Origin: Candidatus Nezhaarchaeales archaeon
GTDB lineage: Archaea; Thermoproteota; Methanomethylicia; Nezhaarchaeales; WYZ-LMO8
Assembly: GCA_038887515.1 (NCBI GenBank)
Contig: JAWAKK010000001.1
Coordinates: 576,001-640,000 of the forward strand
Direction of reading: 5' to 3'
Length of the DNA: 64,000 nt
Made by a program: the position numbers and the translations under genes. Position 1 is the stretch's first letter, and each line of letters opens with the position of its first letter. Under the pieces are notes generated by a model. That model was not told the origin of the DNA, did no database searches, and worked only from the letters and a program-made list of their open reading frames with translations. Positions 50,031-59,968 of this stretch are shown here, piece by piece.

Positions 50031-51335
50031 TCAGCCTATCACCTTGTCCCATTTCTTGAGCTGCAAGACCTTTGAAAGGGAACTACCCCTCTTTATCTCT
50101 TCTCTTATCCTATTCTCCTTCTCCATCACGTCTATAGCCCTATTAGCTATTTCCACGGCCTTATCCTTAGGAACCACTACTACGCCATTGTCGTCACCTA
50201 TTATCCAGTCGCCGGGTTCAACTTTGACGCCACCGCATAATATTTCGACGTTTATTTCTCCGAAACCTTTGGGCTCGCCAGCCTTCGGGTTTACGTGTCT
50301 AGTAAACACTGGAAACTTTAGTTCCCTTATGACCTCTACATCCCTTATAGCGCCATCAACGACCACGCCTGCTACGCCCTTAACTACGCAACTCCACGTT
50401 GCAAGTTCTCCCCAGACCGCTTCTTCAGATCCCCCAGCGTCTATAACTATAACTGAGCCTGGTTCAGCTACGTCTATTGCTTGAACAGGCTTGGACCAGT
50501 CTCCCGGATATGTTCTAACTGTTACCGCTCTGCCTACCACCTTAACTCCTTGGACTACCGGCTTTATTCCCTTCATAGCGCCTTTCTTATGCATTGCGTC
50601 AGCTATGTTCGGAGTCGAAACTTTCTTAAAGGCCTCTATCAATTCTCCTTCGGTGAACTTTCTGAACATTTTAGTTTCAAGCGGCTTCTTAGTCAACATT
50701 GCTTGCTTTATTGCTCTTGCCGCTTCCTCGGCCTTTTCAGCCTTCGTTATTGCTCCTCCAACTATTACTATTGACGCCCCAGCCTCAACTGCTTTAGCTG
50801 CACTCTCGCTATTTATACCTCCAGCTACAGCTACTGGAACGCTTACCACGTCAACGACCTGCTTGAGCACCTCTAGGGGTTTCATACCTCGCATCTGCTG
50901 ATCTATGCCGACGTGAACACATACGTAGTTGACTCCAAGTCTTTCGAGTTCAACAGCTCTTGTAGGCATGTCCTCCACATTTATCATGTCTGCCATTATT
51001 TTGGCTCCAACCCTCCTAGCGGCCTCAACAGCTTCTCTTATCGTGCTATCGTCCGCTAAACCTAATACAATAACCACGTCGGCACCAGCCTTAGCTGCGG
51101 CTTCAACTTCCAAGGCTCCGGTATCCATGGTTTTCATGTCCGCTACCACGGGCACATTCGGAAACTTCCTCTTAAGTTCTCTAACACAGTCTAAGCCTTC
51201 ACTTTTAATGAGCGGCGTCCCAGCTTCAAGCCAGTCGACGCCGCCTTTCAAAGCTTCTTCAGCTACCTTGAGGGCCCTATGGAAGTCTACGAAGTCCAAG
51301 GCCAATTGGAGGACGGGCCATTCCATCCTTATCAA
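50031..51335 (-). CDS. hxlA: 3-hexulose-6-phosphate synthase fused to an RraA/MenG-like domain
   Basis: LQLALD, EAGTPLIK, ADMKTMDTG, HVGIDQQ; C-terminal AVWGEL, DGAIRD, GDDNGVV. Confidence 0.92.
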   Translation of the reverse strand: MIRMEWPVLQLALDFVDFHRALKVAEEALKGGVDWLEAGTPLIKSEGLDCVRELKRKFPNVPVVADMKTMDTGALEVEAAAKAGADVVIVLGLADDSTIREAVEAARRVGAKIMADMINVEDMPTRAVELERLGVNYVCVHVGIDQQMRGMKPLEVLKQVVDVVSVPVAVAGGINSESAAKAVEAGASIVIVGGAITKAEKAEEAARAIKQAMLTKKPLETKMFRKFTEGELIEAFKKVSTPNIADAMHKKGAMKGIKPVVQGVKVVGRAVTVRTYPGDWSKPVQAIDVAEPGSVIVIDAGGSEEAVWGELATWSCVVKGVAGVVVDGAIRDVEVIRELKFPVFTRHVNPKAGEPKGFGEINVEILCGGVKVEPGDWIIGDDNGVVVVPKDKAVEIANRAIDVMEKENRIREEIKRGSSLSKVLQLKKWDKVIG

Positions 51336-51386
51336 GCTAGGCTGTACCTACCTCAGTTATATTGCTTGCTTCATTTTTTATGGTAT

Positions 51387-52808
51387 TTAAACGTAAACCC
51401 AGGTGGATCCACTCTTGGAGTCCATGATCTTAATCCCGAGGGCTGCTAACTGCTCCCTTATCTTATCTGCTATTTCGTATTCCCTTCGGTCTCTATGTAT
51501 TTGTCTAAGCTCGACTACTATCTTCACGAGCTTGTCTACGAACTCTCTATCGAAACCCTTTACTCCTGGAGCATCGTCGAGGAGCGCTAGAACTTGATTT
51601 AACCGTTTAAAGGCATTAAGCGCTTTCAATGCTAACTCCGCTTTGCCTGACGGTATTATGGAGCTGTACGATATCGATACTAGCCTTTGAAGATATGGAG
51701 AGGCCTTAGCGCAGTTAAAGTCTTCTTCCATCGCCTCTAAGAAGCCTAAGACGCTTAGATCTACATGCCTTGCTACTTTTAAATCCTCTTGAGAGAGCTT
51801 GAAACCGAGATTCTCTTCCGATGATGCTCTGGCTAAGAGTTCTACGCAATTCCTAATTCTTTCGTACATCTTTTCGTATTGTTCCAAAAGTTCATATGAG
51901 AATTCTACAGTACTCCTATAGTGCGTAAGTGCGAGCATCAACCTAAGTGCTTCAGGTCTATGCTTGCTGAGTACGTCCTTTAAAGGTACTATGTTCCCCA
52001 AGCTCTTACTCATCTTCTCTCCCTTAATGGTCAAGTAGCCTGCGTGAAGCCAGAACTTCACCCAAGGTCTCACTCCATACCTAGCTTCGCTTTGAGCTAT
52101 CTCGTTTTCGTGGTGCGGAAATATGAGGTCAGCCCCTCCACCGTGTATGTCTATCCTATCGCCTAAATAGAAACTGCTCATGACGGAGCACTCTATGTGC
52201 CACCCTGGTCTTCCAGGGCCCCAAGGGCTATCCCAGTACGGTTCGCCTGGTTTAGCTCTCTTCCAAAGGGCGAAGTCGTAAGGCCTTCTCTTTTCATGTA
52301 TGAATTGTTCCTCTTGCCTCCATCCCTCTCCTTTAACTCTCTTGGATAACTTACCGTAATCAAGGAACTTGTCGACGTCGAAATACACACTTCCATTGCT
52401 CTCATAAGCGAAGCCCGCCTCTACGAGCTTAGATATGAAATCTATCATCTCTTTTATGTGCTGCGTAGCCCTTGGGTGCAGATCGACCTCAATCTTCAGC
52501 TTCTTTAAAGCTTCAATGTAGTCCTTGGTGTAAGTATCCGCTATGACTCTCCAATCCACACCCTTTTCCTTTGCCTTGTTAATTATCTTATCGTCTATAT
52601 CTGTAATGTTTTGGACGTGGATCACCTCAAACCCCCTAAGCTTAAGGAAGCGCTTAATGACGTCGAAGGCAATGTACGTCCTAGCATGACCTACATGAGT
52701 GTAGTCATAGACCGTGGGCCCACATACATAAATCCCAACTCTCGGAGGGTCGAAGGGTTCGAAGGGTTCGAGAGAGTTGGTCAAGGTGTTGTAAACCTTA
52801 ATACCCAA
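51387..52808 (-). CDS. cysS: Cysteine--tRNA ligase
   Basis: YVCGPTVY, HVGHAR, PGWHIECS, FPHHENE, KMSKS. Start set to TTG 52808 after GGTGA. Confidence 0.96.
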   Translation of the reverse strand: MGIKVYNTLTNSLEPFEPFDPPRVGIYVCGPTVYDYTHVGHARTYIAFDVIKRFLKLRGFEVIHVQNITDIDDKIINKAKEKGVDWRVIADTYTKDYIEALKKLKIEVDLHPRATQHIKEMIDFISKLVEAGFAYESNGSVYFDVDKFLDYGKLSKRVKGEGWRQEEQFIHEKRRPYDFALWKRAKPGEPYWDSPWGPGRPGWHIECSVMSSFYLGDRIDIHGGGADLIFPHHENEIAQSEARYGVRPWVKFWLHAGYLTIKGEKMSKSLGNIVPLKDVLSKHRPEALRLMLALTHYRSTVEFSYELLEQYEKMYERIRNCVELLARASSEENLGFKLSQEDLKVARHVDLSVLGFLEAMEEDFNCAKASPYLQRLVSISYSSIIPSGKAELALKALNAFKRLNQVLALLDDAPGVKGFDREFVDKLVKIVVELRQIHRDRREYEIADKIREQLAALGIKIMDSKSGSTWVYV

Positions 52809-53008
52809 GAACCTATCACCAGAACCCGAGAGTAACCATGCTTCCGAAAATTTAAGTTTCAAGCATAATACAACCTGTGAGATAGAGCACGCGCGTTTGA
52901 GGGACACTTAAACTTAAGATCGTACTTCAACTACGAATCCATTAAATAATTACGACCTGTAATGTTGTTTAGGGTAGCAAAATCCTCGACTCTAAGGGGT
53001 CTGGGTTC

Positions 53009-54148
53009 ATGACCTTAGAGTTTATGGCTACTACCATCGAGGGTTTAGAGGACGTAGCCGCTAAGGAAGTGGAGGAACTTGGAGGGAGCGTAACGGAGGT
53101 TGGAAGGGGGAGAGTATTCCTTCGCGGAAGTATCGACCTTATGTATCGGTTGAACATTAAGGCTAGGTGTATTCACAAATTAGTGTTAGTTCTCAGTCGT
53201 GGCAACGCCCTTAATTTAAGCGAAATATATCGCTTCGCTAGAGCAGTCGATTACTTCGATATTATAAGGCTGGACCAGACGTTTGCTGTAAAAACTACAC
53301 GGATTGGGTCACATGATTATACCAGTATAGACGTCTCGGCAACTGTCGGGCAAGCTATAATAGATAACTTCATGGAGACTAAGAGCGTTAGGCCACACGT
53401 AAACCTTACGAACCCAGACGTAGAGATAGACGTGTACATCAAGGACCTAGAAATAACTATAGGCGTCAACACGACCGGAGAATCGCTTCACAAGAGGAAC
53501 TATAGGGTCTACGATCACCCAGCGGCTCTGAAGACAACCATAGCTTCAGGAATGATAAGGTTATCTGGCTGGCGTGGCGATGGGTTGCTAGATCCAATGT
53601 GCGGCGGGGGGACTATAGTCATAGAAGCAACGCTTATGGCTAGGAAGTTTCCACCTGGCTTTTTTAGGAATGGCTTTGCGTTCACTAAACTACCACTCTA
53701 CGATCCTAAAGTTCATAAAGAGGTTCTTGAGAAGGCCTTGGATGAAGCTAATAGAGACAAACTTGAAGTGCAGGGCTTCGATATATCGCCTAAACATGTT
53801 GAAGGAGCAAAGCTAAACGCCTTATCTGCAGGAGTTAGCGATACCATTAATTTTAGAGTCAAAGACTCTAGGAAAGAAGATACCTATGTAGGTTTGGACG
53901 TGAATACCGTAATCGTAAATCCACCCTATGGAATTAGGCAGAGTAGGCTTAAAGTGCTCAAAGACTTGTATTCGACGTTCTTAAAGGCGCTTTCTAATAC
54001 TCTCAGCGGTTCGACCCTAACAATAATAGTCGCTCATCCAAGGATATTCGAAGACGCGCTAAACAACATAAACTGTAAAATACTAGAGTTAAGAAGTATA
54101 AAGCACGGAAACTTGCCTGCCAAAATATATAGGGTTCTAATATGTTGA
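53009..54148 (+). CDS. trm14: tRNA (guanine(6)-N2)-methyltransferase (THUMP + MTase)
   Basis: GLEDVA, LHKRNYRVYDHPAALK, DPMCGGGTI, NPPYG. Confidence 0.9.
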   Translation: MTLEFMATTIEGLEDVAAKEVEELGGSVTEVGRGRVFLRGSIDLMYRLNIKARCIHKLVLVLSRGNALNLSEIYRFARAVDYFDIIRLDQTFAVKTTRIGSHDYTSIDVSATVGQAIIDNFMETKSVRPHVNLTNPDVEIDVYIKDLEITIGVNTTGESLHKRNYRVYDHPAALKTTIASGMIRLSGWRGDGLLDPMCGGGTIVIEATLMARKFPPGFFRNGFAFTKLPLYDPKVHKEVLEKALDEANRDKLEVQGFDISPKHVEGAKLNALSAGVSDTINFRVKDSRKEDTYVGLDVNTVIVNPPYGIRQSRLKVLKDLYSTFLKALSNTLSGSTLTIIVAHPRIFEDALNNINCKILELRSIKHGNLPAKIYRVLIC

Positions 54149-54193
54149 GACGCCTTATCGGTAATCCCCTAGTTCGCTTAAGACGTAGGCCTT

Positions 54194-54898
54194 CTATTCT
54201 CGACTTACAAATACTGCTACGTTTATCGCTAGGCAAGCTGAAACTACGTTGACGTCATAGCTTAACATAGCTTTAAAGTCCACGTCCCTTTTGTAGAAGG
54301 CTTGTACGAGATCTAGATAAGCTAGAAAGGCCTTCGGTTCCTCCTCTCCTCTTTGGAGACGCCAGTAGCGCTTTTCATCCTTCTTTATGGCCGCGATCCT
54401 TTCTCGTATTAGTTCCTCTACATTTATACCCTGAAGCCATAGCTTCTGTGCCTGGGTTGTACTCCACTCATAGAGGTCAAGGACGCTGTAATCTGCTATT
54501 CTAAGATGAAGCTTCCAGTCGTTTAAGCTAATTTTGGCCCTTGCAATTACCTCATCTACCGCTATGTCTTTCACGGAGGATTGTGCCTTAGGTCCAAGTA
54601 CTAGAAGGGGGCTTACGTAACAGGAGGCTAGGCATATGGCCTCAGAGATGAGGCTTCCTAAGCCTAAGGCTTTCGATACGAAGCCTACAAAGTCCATGAC
54701 CTCTCGATGAGGATACGCTAACGTCACTAGAGGCTTAGTAGTTTTCGTTAGCTTCTTCGCGAGAGATGGAGGAACTCCAAGATGCCTGTACTTGAATCTA
54801 TCGATGAGCCACTTTAAGTCTTGTGAGATGTCATCGGTCGGGTCAAAGACTATGACCCCCCTCATGTTTTTTACTAGAGCTGCGTAGTGCGAGAACAT
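54194..54898 (-). CDS. Conserved archaeal hypothetical protein
   Basis: 234-aa ORF (RFKYR.LG, KLHLRIADYS, DEKRYWR). Confidence 0.65.
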   Translation of the reverse strand: MFSHYAALVKNMRGVIVFDPTDDISQDLKWLIDRFKYRHLGVPPSLAKKLTKTTKPLVTLAYPHREVMDFVGFVSKALGLGSLISEAICLASCYVSPLLVLGPKAQSSVKDIAVDEVIARAKISLNDWKLHLRIADYSVLDLYEWSTTQAQKLWLQGINVEELIRERIAAIKKDEKRYWRLQRGEEEPKAFLAYLDLVQAFYKRDVDFKAMLSYDVNVVSACLAINVAVFVSRE

Positions 54899-54956
54899 AC
54901 ATTAATTTATACGGTATGCCAGGCTAATTTAATTGTGTTACCATAGTAGTGTTAAA

Positions 54957-55826
54957 TTAGGTGCCTCTGAAGGCTACGTAGTCTCCTAAGCGTACACCGA
55001 GTTCCTTAGCAACGGCTCCACACTTAGCCCTTAAAAGGAAGAAGGTCTTAGCTCTAAGAGGTGTCTCGGACAAGTATTCGTAGTGAGCCATCCCCTTAGC
55101 TATTATAACGTTGGATTCTTCCAACGATTTTTTGACTTCCTCAGATACCTCGTCTAGGAAGACGCTCGAGCCATCTGTTCCGCTACCGATAAGTCTGTCT
55201 ACAACCTTGTGGAGACCTACGTATATCGCATCGTCTATGGTCGTATCGTTTTGAAAAGTGCCCGACTTAGCTATGGTTACGACGCGGCAATTTAGTCGTT
55301 TAAGCTCGCTTAACATGACGTAATCAAAGGGTAGCTCTTCGACATTGTCGAGCAAGTAGACTACATTTGCAGCCTTAACCGCTTCGTAAAGTTGAAGTGT
55401 GTGATCCCTACGAATATCCGTTAAAACAATTAGACTTTCTATAGAATCAAGTGTCGGAGGTCTAAATTCGGCAACACCGTAGTCAAAGCTATTCCCTACG
55501 AGGGAGAGCTTGACTATCTCCTTGAATCTTCTATAGCCTTCAAGGTCTTTAATGATCTTAAAACAGAGGTCTCTTATTTCAGAGAACTTAGCTAATGCCC
55601 TCTCGCGTATGTAGAAGTAGGGGTCGTCAATAGTAAGCTCCTTGAGTTTCCTGTAAATCATTGTAGCAAGCCTTGTGACGTTTAGGTCTACTTTCAATAC
55701 CCTGCTCATGTACTTAGTTAACTCAACCATTATCTTGGTGGTCTCCTCCTCATTTAAGTTGAGCATTTCTAACTCTCGTCGTCTTACATCCAATATGCAA
55801 GGTAAGCATTCTGGCTTCAGTTTCAA
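54957..55826 (-). CDS. DUF89/ARMT1 damage-control phosphatase
   Basis: ECLPC, DPY, GNSFDYG, LDNVEE, AKGMAHYE, KC. Confidence 0.88.
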   Translation of the reverse strand: MKLKPECLPCILDVRRRELEMLNLNEEETTKIMVELTKYMSRVLKVDLNVTRLATMIYRKLKELTIDDPYFYIRERALAKFSEIRDLCFKIIKDLEGYRRFKEIVKLSLVGNSFDYGVAEFRPPTLDSIESLIVLTDIRRDHTLQLYEAVKAANVVYLLDNVEELPFDYVMLSELKRLNCRVVTIAKSGTFQNDTTIDDAIYVGLHKVVDRLIGSGTDGSSVFLDEVSEEVKKSLEESNVIIAKGMAHYEYLSETPLRAKTFFLLRAKCGAVAKELGVRLGDYVAFRGT

Positions 55827-55914
55827 AGTTAACCCCTCGAAATTCAGCAGGAATATATGAGTGTACGCCTCTATCTAACAATAATAATTCGCCAGAAAAG
55901 GTTGGTGTAACTTA

Positions 55915-56502
55915 TTGAGCGTACTATTCGTCATAGAGCATTTAGAGCCTCGTTTGAGTAAGTGGGCTCTCATAGAGTATGAGCACGCCTCGTTGATCGT
56001 TGGAAAGGAAAGCTTGGCTTTCACAAACGTGAAGAAAGGATTTAACATCTTGCAGAAGTTCGGGAAAGTCTATAGAGAGAGTGCTACAGAGTTGTTCGAC
56101 AACGAGAAGACCGTAGTTCTCGACCCTAAGGCTAATGAGCTCCTAGACCCTTCAGACTTCTGCTACGCTGAGACCGTAGTGGTTGGAGGAATATTGGGAG
56201 ATAACCCTCCAAGAGGTAGAACGTTTAAGCTTATAACCTCGAAGATGAAGAAGGTTAAAGCTAGGAGCCTAGGTAAAGGCCAGTTTTCAATAGACGGCGC
56301 CATTTACATGGCTCTCAAAGTAGCTCAAGGAGTAAAGTTGAGCGAGATACCTTTAGCTACGAGCCTAACATTGAAAAGTGGTTGTCTCGAAGTATACTTA
56401 CCCTATTCTTATCCACTTGTAAATGGTAAGCCTGTCATAAGCCCTAAACTAATCGAGTACCTTATGGAGACGGACGTGGTTCAAGCAGGAAGCAGAGATT
56501 AA
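55915..56502 (+). CDS. Sfm1-like SPOUT methyltransferase (DUF431)
   Basis: IEHLE, EY, LDP, GGILGDNPPRGRT, QFSIDGA, LPYSYP. Confidence 0.88.
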   Translation: MSVLFVIEHLEPRLSKWALIEYEHASLIVGKESLAFTNVKKGFNILQKFGKVYRESATELFDNEKTVVLDPKANELLDPSDFCYAETVVVGGILGDNPPRGRTFKLITSKMKKVKARSLGKGQFSIDGAIYMALKVAQGVKLSEIPLATSLTLKSGCLEVYLPYSYPLVNGKPVISPKLIEYLMETDVVQAGSRD

Positions 56503-56957
56503 CACTTCATAAATAAGTATAGGAGCGCAACGAATAGCGCTAAAAAGGCCACCAGCGGTAGGATAGCCATTAAAATGGATTCGGAACCCGAAATAGGTAC
56601 CGGAGGCAATGGAAAATACCATACCCAGCCCCTTACGTCTACAGTCGAAAGCGACATGACTATGAACCCTACAGATACTAGGATGAAACCTAGAAACATT
56701 AGCATTAACGGTGAGAACAAAGGCTTGAAAAGTTGAGTGTCCTTAGAACTGGAAGCGTCCGGCAATGCTTCTCCCCCGACTACGTAACCTCCCATGATCG
56801 CTACGGCGCCTTTAAGAGCTAGAGCCCTAGCGTCTTCTTCTGGTATCTCCGCTTCATCTCTGGGCGAGTAAGGACCGTAAACCCTACCGTCACTACCCAC
56901 AAAAGCTCCAACTTCTTTTAAAAAGAGTACTTTAACGTAGTTCATGTTAACCACCAC
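56499..56957 (-). CDS. GINS B-domain-like N-terminus fused to a DUF131-like two-TM module
   Basis: VKVLFLKEVGAFVGSDGRVYGPYSPRDEAEIPEEDARALALKGAV followed by two hydrophobic helices. Confidence 0.65.
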   Translation of the reverse strand: MVVNMNYVKVLFLKEVGAFVGSDGRVYGPYSPRDEAEIPEEDARALALKGAVAIMGGYVVGGEALPDASSSKDTQLFKPLFSPLMLMFLGFILVSVGFIVMSLSTVDVRGWVWYFPLPPVPISGSESILMAILPLVAFLALFVALLYLFMKC

Positions 56958-57252
56958 CTATTAGGCTCACAAACCAGGATAGCGCTATAAAGAATATTAT
57001 GACCGCAGCAATGATCCCCATAACGGCTACGGCCTTCTTAGAAGAGCCCCATAAGATCGGAACAGGTCCTATTAATATAAAGCCTGACGACTCCTGTTTC
57101 CCTTTATTCGTACCGGTAATCTTCATCGACGAAAATATTATGAATACTACGCCTATTATGACCAGCAATAAACCTATAAAGAATGTCGGATCTACGTCCA
57201 TGTTTAGCCCCCAGGCGAACACCCTATAGATACCTAGAAACCTAAAAATCAA
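56947..57252 (-). CDS. DUF131 (TIGR00304) membrane protein
   Basis: GFILIGPVPILWGS signature between two TM helices; start probably ATG ~57201. Confidence 0.85.
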   Translation of the reverse strand: MIFRFLGIYRVFAWGLNMDVDPTFFIGLLLVIIGVVFIIFSSMKITGTNKGKQESSGFILIGPVPILWGSSKKAVAVMGIIAAVIIFFIALSWFVSLIGGG

Positions 57253-57357
57253 ATCCTCAAAATAAGTTTTTTAGAGGAGGACATAATGAATATATGGGCA
57301 ATGATGTACCATTGCATGCCTGAAAAATGATGTCTGACTCCAATGCTGAGCCCGATA

Positions 57358-57906
57358 TTAAAGAGTGCCCTTTACATTATCTACATGTGAACGAGACTTA
57401 TCGTATAATGCCTCTAGACTTATCACGTTGTAGTATTTACCAATATCTTCGAGTCTGTGGGCGTCAGAATTCCTTAAAGGTATCAGGCCGAACTTTATTG
57501 CCAACTGTTCGGCCAACTCTCTATCCATCCCCCTATGGAGGTAATTCCTAACTTCAATTCCCTGACATGTAGCCAGTATTTGTGGGCGTTCGTCATAAGG
57601 ATGGGCCTGAAACCTGAAGACCCTATCCCCCAAGTATAGATCGACTATCTGTCTATGGGTCGAGGGGCCCATCCCTTGAACTTCAAGTTCAACTCCGGGT
57701 ATTATTACTATTTCCGGAAAATACTCCTTAGCTATTTCAGCTGCCTTAACGCCGTAAAAGGTAGTTCCATGCTCAGTTATCGCTATACCGTCAAGCCCAG
57801 CTCTCTTTATCTGCTTAACTATTCTAGCAACGGAATCAATACTTGGATTAGGAAAACCCATGGCCTCAAAGGGATGGGTGTGTAAGTCGAGCTTGAGGTA
57901 TTTCAT
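57358..57906 (-). CDS. PHP domain metallophosphoesterase
   Basis: DLHTH, GIAITEH, PGVE, AHP, NSDAH. Confidence 0.88.
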   Translation of the reverse strand: MKYLKLDLHTHPFEAMGFPNPSIDSVARIVKQIKRAGLDGIAITEHGTTFYGVKAAEIAKEYFPEIVIIPGVELEVQGMGPSTHRQIVDLYLGDRVFRFQAHPYDERPQILATCQGIEVRNYLHRGMDRELAEQLAIKFGLIPLRNSDAHRLEDIGKYYNVISLEALYDKSRSHVDNVKGTL

Positions 57907-57993
57907 GGCTTATCTTCTCTTTTAATGAAGACTTATCTTTACAATACGATATATATGGCCTTCGTTCATACTCGTTGTCCGAAAGTTTGGTCG

Positions 57994-58842
57994 CTACCTA
58001 GGTAACTTCTCAGAAACAAGATAGGGCATTTTAGCCCTAAACGCTACTAAGGGGTCTCTAAGCTTCATAAGATGGGAGAGTAAGGCCCTTTTACCCTTCA
58101 TGGTTAAGGCAAAGACCGGAATTGAAACGCCTAGCTGGAAGATAGCATTCGAAGCAACATTCTCTCTTATGATCTTCGAATTACAGCCCCAAACTAGGTC
58201 CGACAGCAGTAAATTTTCTACATCTTGCTCTTCACATCGAGTCGTACACACGGTTAGCACGGTAATGTCGACGTCCGCGCCCAGCTCTAAGCCTCTTACA
58301 GCAGCTATCTCCCAACTTCTGAATCCAGCTATTGTAACTGCTATCTTCTTGTAACCTCTTTGTGCCGCCAAATTGACTCCTTCTACTTGATCTATAGTTG
58401 CCTTCTCTTCGTCCAAAATTATTGCGCCATGCTCCTTTAGCTTATCTATTATCTCTGGTACTGGAGTAGTCTCGATTATACCGGTTAAGAAGGCGCCTAT
58501 CATTTGGACCAGCTTTGGATTCGATGCTAAAACGGTGCCGGCGCCTTCGCATACTGTGACAGCGCAGTCGAAGAGCCCTTCTTCTAAACAAGACATTATG
58601 ACCTCCGATGCCCCGAAGGGTACGAGTACCTCAGCCGTGAAGACCCTTTTCGACGTTGCAAACCCTCTTTTGTCCATCTTTATTTCAATTATTTTCTTTA
58701 CAGTACTTCGATCTATCTCTTCGAAGCCGTAAAGGCTAGAGCTGAGGGGACAATGCCGAGTTCGCGGGTCGTCAATGACGCTTACCTTTGAGTCCTCGAT
58801 CTCTACCCTAGCGCCACAGCACATGACTAAATGCCTAGGCAA
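57994..58842 (-). CDS. Methanogenesis marker protein 8 (DUF2099)
   Basis: HLV, CPL, FGASE, VTVCEGAGTV, QMIG, TIDQVEG, CTT. Confidence 0.8.
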   Translation of the reverse strand: MPRHLVMCCGARVEIEDSKVSVIDDPRTRHCPLSSSLYGFEEIDRSTVKKIIEIKMDKRGFATSKRVFTAEVLVPFGASEVIMSCLEEGLFDCAVTVCEGAGTVLASNPKLVQMIGAFLTGIIETTPVPEIIDKLKEHGAIILDEEKATIDQVEGVNLAAQRGYKKIAVTIAGFRSWEIAAVRGLELGADVDITVLTVCTTRCEEQDVENLLLSDLVWGCNSKIIRENVASNAIFQLGVSIPVFALTMKGKRALLSHLMKLRDPLVAFRAKMPYLVSEKLPR

Positions 58843-58895
58843 GGAAGAAGACCTCTATTTAGAGCCTTACATGACCAGCCTAATATGATGTGACT

Positions 58896-59102
58896 CTAAA
58901 ATCCTCCAAGCTTAAATTTCTTGGCTATATTGGTTGCTTCATCTATGTCGTCTGTCGCCCCTATGAACTTTGATTTAGAAATAGCGTTTCTGATGCCGCA
59001 TTTAAAGCACATAAAGGTTCTTGCCGGCATCCTCACTACTCTAGGTTCTCCACAATTACGGCATAGAGCTACCACATATCGTTTCATTGATAGTGGTAGC
59101 AT
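58896..59102 (-). CDS. Small zinc-ribbon protein (DUF1922-like)
   Basis: CRNCG...CFKCG. Confidence 0.7.
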   Translation of the reverse strand: MLPLSMKRYVVALCRNCGEPRVVRMPARTFMCFKCGIRNAISKSKFIGATDDIDEATNIAKKFKLGGF

Positions 59103-59296
59103 ATTTATGTCCCCCGAAAGTCTCGTTGAGTGTCTAACAGGCTACTCTGTATATAACGCTTTCACAGGATCCTGTATTTTGAGATTCCTCTATATTAATG
59201 TCTCGCTTGAAGTGAAAAGTACCCTCATAATTTAACTGCTTCTACCAAATAGATACAGGTAATCTCCTACTTGTTAAGTTTCGAGGCTGATGCTGA

Positions 59297-59968
59297 GTGA
59301 TGGCGCAAGAAGTGAAAAATGAATTGCTCAATGTGCTAAGACGCTCTTACGAAGACGTAAATCGTATAGCGGAGAAGATGAGGACCCTAAACTCATTTGA
59401 ATTACTATTAAGTACGATAATTTCTCAGAACACTAACTGGAGAAACGTTGAGAGGGCTATGGAGAACATGAGGAGAAAGGGCTTAGTGCACTTGAACGGC
59501 ATTTTAAGTGCCGATATTGCTGAGCTTGAAGATGCGCTGAGGGTCTCGGGATTATACAGGGTTAAGGCTCTCAGGATCAAGGAAATAGCGGAAATAATTA
59601 AGACTTGGAATACCGACCTAGACGGCATCTTGTCCATGTCGTTTGAAGACGCTAGGACTAAACTCATGGAACTTCCAGCCGTTGGCTATAAGACGGCCGA
59701 CGTTATGCTAGCCTTTAAGGCTCGAGCCCCTGTCATACCCATAGATACACATATTAGGAGAGTAGCGGAGAGATTGGGCTTAGTCGATAAGAAGGCAAGT
59801 TACGAAGAAATTAGGCTCACCCTTGAGTCTTTCGTCCCACCCGAAGAGCGGGACCTCTTTCACCTAGCTCTCATAAAGTTTGGTAGGGAAATATGTAGAG
59901 CCAGAGACCCTGCGTGTAGTAAGTGCCCGCTGAATAGCGTCTGTATGTCGAGACGCGTTAAGCCTTGA
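59297..59968 (+). CDS. nth: Endonuclease III (HhH-GPD, 4Fe-4S)
   Basis: ISQNT, LPAVGYKTAD, IDTH, CRARDPACSKCPLNSVC. Confidence 0.92.
   Translation: MMAQEVKNELLNVLRRSYEDVNRIAEKMRTLNSFELLLSTIISQNTNWRNVERAMENMRRKGLVHLNGILSADIAELEDALRVSGLYRVKALRIKEIAEIIKTWNTDLDGILSMSFEDARTKLMELPAVGYKTADVMLAFKARAPVIPIDTHIRRVAERLGLVDKKASYEEIRLTLESFVPPEERDLFHLALIKFGREICRARDPACSKCPLNSVCMSRRVKP

Noticed and set aside
50031-51335. HPS-RraA domain fusion
   Set aside because: Known bifunctional architecture in archaea; not novel
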